A DNA stretch of 64,000 nt from Candidatus Eiseniibacteriota bacterium (lineage in GTDB: Bacteria; Eisenbacteria; RBG-16-71-46). The stretch's first letter is position 1, and each line of letters starts with the position of its first letter. Of the stretch, positions 59,501 through 64,000 are shown one piece after another. The position numbers were made by a program, and so were the translations under genes. The stretch spans positions 31,127-95,126 of the forward strand of contig JBBRLX010000013.1 of the NCBI GenBank assembly GCA_038231135.1. The letters are read 5' to 3'. Under the pieces are notes generated by a model that made no database searches, was not told the origin of the DNA, and was given only the letters and a program-made list of their open reading frames with translations.

Positions 59501-59760
59501 GTCAGCGTCGCGACGGTGTACCCGCGTTTGACGAGTTGGACTCCCCATGCGGAATTGGCGCCGGTCCAGTAATTCTCGGGCGTCGCCCAGTTGATACCGC
59601 TTTGCGGCGGAGACGGGACCGGCTGGTCATTGTCGATCACCCAGTCGGCATTGCCGGCGGTCTGGGCCTTGGTGTTGTCGAACAGGGCCGTCGGGTTGGC
59701 AAACGCCGGGGATGCGGCCAGGAACGCGCCGAGCAGCAGGAACCCGAGACTTCGTCGCAT
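56536..59760 (-). CDS. Large secreted protein: N-terminal GATase-like/DUF4350-like domain, InlB B-like repeat, Ig domains, FlgD-Ig/Por-type C-terminus
   Basis: Signal MRRSLGFLLLGAFLAASPAFA; 'LFDNTKAQTAGNADWVID..EPN..FVRDGGGLFVISDH..DRNNDG'; 'TITASAGPNGAVSP'; 'PQPNPS..DLAGRRI..AGVYLVRL'. Confidence 0.8.
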   Translation of the reverse strand: MRRSLGFLLLGAFLAASPAFANPTALFDNTKAQTAGNADWVIDNDQPVPSPPQSGINWATPENYWTGANSAWGVQLVKRGYTVATLTSAFGITYQNLSNPYDLSKYNVFIVDEPNTRFSSAESTAIFNFVRDGGGLFVISDHNGSDRNNDGFDSPHIWNLFDAQHLLGVHFNVTGDPNNSITATSANVNTSPTDSIIHGVAGLAPGIAFHAGTTMTLDTAANPSVTGDVWMAGQPQGSTVGGMVAHSQYGAGRIVFVSDSSPADDGSGNGGSLFTGWAEDADSLVFLNGTLWVSHSGGVIAQSWTITASAGPNGAVSPGGAVSVLDGSTPAFTMTPNAGFHVADVLVNGVTVGAVTNYTFPPVHSDQTLSASFAANPVDSIAPTVMLTAPVGGESWQGGTAHAVTWTASDNLGVTAIDLAYSTDGGATFPNAIASGLANSGSYTWTVPGAATTTARVRVVAHDASNNLAADSSHADFTILAASANSYVWIATGSAAWTTATNWTPTRTTPGATDVLAFSGGGSVTATGVPTQTISQLMISGNTSVTLQASAAVTLSMTGFSGTGLDLAPGSAITLSGSSALTLALGSGAMGSIRGPVAVSGGSHRLLAAGTQALAFETGSSITLGTGFSGNVFGNGTAPGAVNSVVFRAGSLYAQAAGANPFGATAPATVVIFQPGSRFRLNAALTPSMSGRDFADFELNAAGTISPSGANPWSADSVIVTQGTLSLGGLPGGGTIRGSVTVRPGAMLNFSPTSSTTSLAFAGSTNQPIGILGSLVTTANSSMRVNNPAGVTLATNVSLNGPLTFTSGLVTTGPNTLAIAATGGIGGASQATGYVAGNLRRSVAAGSQTVVFDVGDATTYAPVTLAMNGTTAFDLTAATHTPDHPNLGSSDLDPAHSVNRWWTLAPASTPTLTGFDATFTFAPADLDAGTDPANLVIRRYNGAWFATNPGTDSPTSTQAMGVTDFGDFAIGQLPTAGVGPATATGLDLARPQPNPSSGSATLSFSLPRSGRASLDILDLAGRRIWHSEATYEAGVHRATWPGTTSGGAAVAAGVYLVRLDTPWGARVARLVRLR

Positions 59761-59914
59761 GAGTGGCCTGTTCGCAAGGGGTGGGGCTGAAGGGCAGAGG
59801 GGATGGGCCCCTGAGTCTACCACCGTGCCATTGCGAAACCGGGTCAAATGAGGCGGGCGGCGGGCCCTGAAACGTTGGATTCCGGGGCCATGATGGTCGC
59901 CGTTCAGAGTCGGT

Positions 59915-60253
59915 TCAGCTTCCGCGATAGGTCGAATACCCGTACGGGCTGTAGAGCAGGGGCACGTGATAGTTCTGGGTCGGATCGCCGACCTCGAACA
60001 TCACCTGCACCTCCGGGTAGAACGTCGGCAGCCCCTTGCTGTGGGAGAACTGGCGGGTCGCAAACGTGATCCGGTAGAGGCCCTTCGGGACCTGGGGCCC
60101 CAGGTGGAGGTCCTTCACCCGGCCGTCGATGTCGGTGGTGCGCTCCTCGACCCGTTCCCAGCCAGTGCCGGTCAGGCGCTCGAGCCGGACACCCATGCCC
60201 TGGGCGGGCTGGCCACTCGACAGATCGAGCACATGCGTGCTGATACCACTCAT
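59915..60253 (-). CDS. uraH: 5-hydroxyisourate hydrolase (transthyretin-like)
   Basis: ISTHVLD..G.PA, DGRV, FYPEV, YHVPLL.SPYGYSTYRGS. Confidence 0.96.
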   Translation of the reverse strand: MSGISTHVLDLSSGQPAQGMGVRLERLTGTGWERVEERTTDIDGRVKDLHLGPQVPKGLYRITFATRQFSHSKGLPTFYPEVQVMFEVGDPTQNYHVPLLYSPYGYSTYRGS

Positions 60254-60263
60254 TGGAACCTCT

Positions 60264-60806
60264 CTAGGCGGGCCGCGCCGGATCGGCGGGCCCTCGGGTG
60301 TTGTCGGCCAGCAGCTTGTCGAGCCTGAGGCGCGTGATCTTGCGCTGCTCTCCCGCCGCCACGGCCAGCTCGGCGGCCGAATCGTTGGGCATGCGCTCCC
60401 GCAGCAACGCGAGCATCTCTGCGGCCGTCTTCCCGGTGGCGCACACGATGAATACGATGCCGAACCGCTGCTCGTACGCTCGATTCGCAGCGGCCAGCGC
60501 TTCGAGCGTGGCCCCCTCCGCCGCGGTCGCGCCGCTCTGCTCGTCTGCAGCCCACTGCGCGGTGCTCGCGAACCGCTCGCGCAGCGCGGCCGCATCGCCG
60601 ATCCGCGGGTGGTGGGCGAACGCCTCGCGCCAGTCGGCGGCCTCGAGCCGCGCCTCGGCGGTCGCGGCGGCGGCCAGCAGCGCCGCGCGGTCCGCAAAGG
60701 GCCGGTGCGAACACATGGATTCCACCCACGCCGAGGCGCCACAGCAGCGCTCGAACGCGGTCCAGGCCTCCTGCGGCGTCAGCCGGTTGAGTTCGTCCAG
60801 CGTCAT
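60264..60806 (-). CDS. uraD: OHCU decarboxylase
   Basis: CCGASAW..RPF, EAFAHHPRIG, EQSG, NRAYEQRFGIVFIVCATGK, EQRKITRLRL. Confidence 0.95.
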   Translation of the reverse strand: MTLDELNRLTPQEAWTAFERCCGASAWVESMCSHRPFADRAALLAAAATAEARLEAADWREAFAHHPRIGDAAALRERFASTAQWAADEQSGATAAEGATLEALAAANRAYEQRFGIVFIVCATGKTAAEMLALLRERMPNDSAAELAVAAGEQRKITRLRLDKLLADNTRGPADPARPA

Positions 60807-60884
60807 CGCGGCGCATCGTGGGACAGTTGCGCGCGACGCGCAAGCGCCTACAATGCGCGCCATGAAACTTGCGAGCATGCTTCG

Positions 60885-61904
60885 ATGACGGCCCCCGTGA
60901 CCTCACCGGGCGCCAGCGCGTCGTTCACCGGCTCGGTGGACCTCGCGGGCGAATGGGTCGGCGGCAAGGTGATCGCCGCCACGGACGAGTTCTTCGCAGA
61001 GAAGGAGAACCTGCTCAAGCAGGGCCCGGCGATCTTCGACGCCGACCGCTATACCGAATTCGGCAAGTGGATGGACGGCTGGGAATCGCGTCGCAAGCGC
61101 GGCCCGGGACACGACCACTGCGTGATCCGGCTCGGCCTGCCCGGCGTCGTCCACGGCGTCGACATCGACACCAGCTTCTTCCTCGGCAACCACCCGCCCT
61201 ACGCGTCCCTCGAGGCGGCGTCACTCGGCGACGAGCGCGAGTCGTCGTTCGAGAGCGGCGAATGGGAAGGGCTGCTGCCGCGCGTGCCGCTCCAGCCGGG
61301 CTCGCACAACCTGTTCCCGGTGCTCAACACCGCGCGCTGGACGCACGTGCGCCTCAACATCTACCCCGACGGCGGCGTCGCTCGGCTGCGCATCTTCGGC
61401 ACCGTCGTGCCCGACTGGAGCCGGGTCGCTCCCGACACCTCGCCCGACCTCGCGTCGGTCGTGAATGGCGGCATGGTGGTGGCGGCGAGCGACATGTTCT
61501 TCGGTTCGAAGGAGAACCTGATCATGCCGCACGCGGCGCTGAGCATGCGCGACGGCTGGGAGACCCGCCGGCGCCGCGGCCCCGGCTACGATTGGGCGAT
61601 CGTCAAGCTCGGCCGGCCGGGCCACGTGCGCCGGCTGGAGATCGACACCAAGCACTTCAAGGGCAACTTCCCCGACCAGTTCTCGGTCGACGCCTGCTAC
61701 TCGCCGAACGCGGTGATCGACGGCCTCAACTGGCCGCAGTTCGTCTGGAAGGAGCTGCTGCCCAAGACGAAGCTCCAGGCGCACAAGAATCATGTGTTCG
61801 CGCAGGAGCTGTCGGACGCCGGGGAGCGGGTGTCGCACCTGATGCTGAACATCTATCCGGATGGCGGGGTGAGCCGGATGCGGGTGTTCGGGACGCCGGA
61901 GTAG
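60885..61904 (+). CDS. alc: Allantoicase
   Basis: Two repeats: DEFFAEKENL, GKWMDGWESRRKR, IDTSFFLGN, NIYPDGGVARLR; DGWETRRRR, IDTKHFKGNFP. Confidence 0.95.
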   Translation: MTAPVTSPGASASFTGSVDLAGEWVGGKVIAATDEFFAEKENLLKQGPAIFDADRYTEFGKWMDGWESRRKRGPGHDHCVIRLGLPGVVHGVDIDTSFFLGNHPPYASLEAASLGDERESSFESGEWEGLLPRVPLQPGSHNLFPVLNTARWTHVRLNIYPDGGVARLRIFGTVVPDWSRVAPDTSPDLASVVNGGMVVAASDMFFGSKENLIMPHAALSMRDGWETRRRRGPGYDWAIVKLGRPGHVRRLEIDTKHFKGNFPDQFSVDACYSPNAVIDGLNWPQFVWKELLPKTKLQAHKNHVFAQELSDAGERVSHLMLNIYPDGGVSRMRVFGTPE

Positions 61905-61914
61905 CGCGGCGGCA

Positions 61915-63666
61915 TCACCGCGTGATCAATAACATACGCTCGGCGATCAGGTCCCCGCTCAGGCGGATGACGTACCAGCCCGGGGGGGCCGGTCGCCCAC
62001 TCAACGTTCGCCCATTCCACTCAAGTACATGCTTGCCTGGGGCAAGGTATTGGCGCCCAAGGCTTGCTACTTGCCGGCCCGCCAAGTCGAACAACCGTGC
62101 GCTCACGAGCGACGGCCGCGACAGCCCCAGTTCGATTGTTGCCGGGCCGACGGTCGGGTTGGGGAAGACCCTAATCGCAGACGCGACGTCGATGCTTACC
62201 GTTACCGGTGTCGAGGAATACGTCCCCTCCGGCGCGCGCCAGGCAACCCGGTACCAGTAGGTCAACCCGGCAGCGACACTGGAATCGGCCTGCACATACT
62301 CCTCTCCGATCCTCTGCAACTCACCTGCCACGCGCTGCCAAGTGGACCCTGGTCCGAGCGACCGCTCAAGCCAACACGCCGGGGGGATTGCAGCGCCGAA
62401 CCGCCAACGGGCAATAACCACCTGATTCTGGGACTCCGCCGTGAACATGCTGAGCAGCGCTGCCGTCGTGCCACAACCGACTCCTCGGGCCCCGATCAAT
62501 CCGCAGCCTGGCGAAGTCGCCAACGGGGACGAAGCGAGAAGACTCACGTTTGCGCTGTCGATGGCGCAGAACATGGGGTCCACGGCGAGGTCCTCAGGGC
62601 CTGGGGTTGCGCCTTGAATCGCACCGAACCCATTCCCGAACCAATCGTTGCAGCCTGGACGGACAGTGGCGTTTGGATCGATGTCCATACCCCATTGCCG
62701 ATTGAAAACAAAGATATTGTGGTCAACCGCAACCGTCCCGCTGATCAGCAGTGTCGCTTCGATTCCAGACCCAGCATTACCAAAGCTCGTGTTGTTACGA
62801 AGGAGCGGGTCCTCAACACCTTCGAGGAGGATGCCGTGGCCTCCGCAGTCGCCAACTACATTGCCCTCGACGACCACACTTGACGAAGTCCCTCGGATAC
62901 CATAGGAGGCAGCTCGCAACACCGTGTTGCCACGTACGTATAAACTGTCGTCTAGGCCAGTATTGATCCCTGACGTGCAATCGAGTATTGAGTTGTTTGT
63001 AAAATGTACGATATCGCCGCTGACGAGGTAAGCCCCCAAGGTACAGTTTGCGATCGAATTGTCTTGGAATGTAATGTTGTTCATGCCTTCGGCATAAATG
63101 CCCGTGCCATAACCTTGGATATCGTTATGCTTAACGAGTCCGGCCGCATAGTAGAGGAGCTCGATGCCTTTGTCGGCACCCCCGCGAAACAGGCAATCTT
63201 CGATGTCAGTGTCGCCGCCAATATTGCTCCACGACACGCCCCCATCGACAGTGTCGGCAACCATCTCAAACTGCTGCGATCGGGCGCGGCTCTGTCCTTT
63301 GAGCGTACAACTGCGCAGGCTCAGCATCGCGAGATTGTCGGTATCTACGCTGATAATCTGATAGAACCCGGAATCAAGTGCGCAACGCGTAAAGTAGATC
63401 AGTAGATTTTGAGGAAACACGTATTGACTTGTCTCGTTGACTCGACCCGTAAAATGCATATCGGTGACGCTCAATTGTCGTGGATCTGGAACGAAAAAAT
63501 CGCTGTGGATGTCAAGTCCATCGAGCAGGGGCCTGCCCTCGCCAAGGGCTTCGAGGGTAAGAGGGTGATCAATGTAAGGCCGTTCGTCGTATGTCCCTGG
63601 CCGTATCGCGACAGTGTCAGCTCCCGAGTCGATGGCTCGCTGAATGGTGCCATATTCGTCGGGCAC
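61915..63666 (-). CDS. Secreted right-handed beta-helix (pectin lyase-like) protein with FlgD-Ig/Por-type C-terminus; signal peptide apparently disrupted
   Basis: 'VPDEYGTIQRAIDSG..PGTY', PbH1 repeats, 'DPMFC..SP..CGLIGA.GVGC', 'VFPNP..DLAGRQV..WNGR'; lower GC; in-frame TGA at 63709-63711 just upstream. Confidence 0.8.
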   Translation of the reverse strand: MPDEYGTIQRAIDSGADTVAIRPGTYDERPYIDHPLTLEALGEGRPLLDGLDIHSDFFVPDPRQLSVTDMHFTGRVNETSQYVFPQNLLIYFTRCALDSGFYQIISVDTDNLAMLSLRSCTLKGQSRARSQQFEMVADTVDGGVSWSNIGGDTDIEDCLFRGGADKGIELLYYAAGLVKHNDIQGYGTGIYAEGMNNITFQDNSIANCTLGAYLVSGDIVHFTNNSILDCTSGINTGLDDSLYVRGNTVLRAASYGIRGTSSSVVVEGNVVGDCGGHGILLEGVEDPLLRNNTSFGNAGSGIEATLLISGTVAVDHNIFVFNRQWGMDIDPNATVRPGCNDWFGNGFGAIQGATPGPEDLAVDPMFCAIDSANVSLLASSPLATSPGCGLIGARGVGCGTTAALLSMFTAESQNQVVIARWRFGAAIPPACWLERSLGPGSTWQRVAGELQRIGEEYVQADSSVAAGLTYWYRVAWRAPEGTYSSTPVTVSIDVASAIRVFPNPTVGPATIELGLSRPSLVSARLFDLAGRQVASLGRQYLAPGKHVLEWNGRTLSGRPAPPGWYVIRLSGDLIAERMLLITR

Positions 63667-64000
63667 GACGACAGCAGTGGCTCCGGCGACGCCATGCCAC
63701 GCTAGGCCTCAAACAAGCGCGGTTTCACACTGGCACGCGTGCGTGTTGACGTGATGTTGTATGGGCATGGCGATCCTCCAGCCGAGCCCGGCCGTTGGAT
63801 CGCTACTCGTCTGGAACTGAACTGCCCCTTTCTGTCTCCTCGCCGTTGAACTGTGATGACCGTTGGCTCCCGCCCCGCACCGCCTCCACTTCGGCTCCAT
63901 CAGCAGCGCAGCGCCGTGATGCCGCGCAGGAACACCCGCTGCCATGGATTCCACGCCAGCAGTCGATAGACGATGCGTCGTCCCGTGCGGAGGATCTGAC

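Noticed and set aside
63709..63711. Selenocysteine/readthrough at the in-frame TGA
   Set aside because: Falls in a signal-peptide region, not a redox motif; no SECIS-like hairpin recognised; mutation or indel is simpler

Overview
High-GC bacterial chromosome segment. Many secreted proteins end in FlgD-Ig/Por-type C-terminal domains and one has an 'SWGALRMRYR' tail, which suggests a Candidatus Eisenbacteria/Krumholzibacteria-like organism (inference). The backbone is a dispersed nucleobase-catabolism region: reductive pyrimidine degradation (preA, preT, hydA, mmsA) and purine degradation (three-subunit xanthine dehydrogenase-family enzyme, uraH, uraD, alc, a CitE-like aldolase/lyase). Also present: pntAB transhydrogenase, a peptide-type ABC transporter with no ATPase here, two SpoIIE/PP2C phosphatases and several large surface proteins. 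An accessory island at ~14.3-22.7 kb holds two convergent 'partner + secreted hydrolase' cassettes (M23-like peptidase; frameshifted metzincin with a TIMP/OB-like partner). Between them lies a ~700-bp non-coding stretch with long perfect inverted repeats. The island ends with a truncated HTH replication initiator carrying iteron-like repeats, fused to a broken FG-GAP gene. Other notable items: a GHKL/MORC-like ATPase + small protein + nucleotidyltransferase operon (candidate defence module), a GIY-YIG-like gene translationally coupled inside the xdh operon, a CTAG-flanked MITE with a related short palindrome, and a sigma28-type promoter. All family calls come from motif recognition by eye; no database searches were run.
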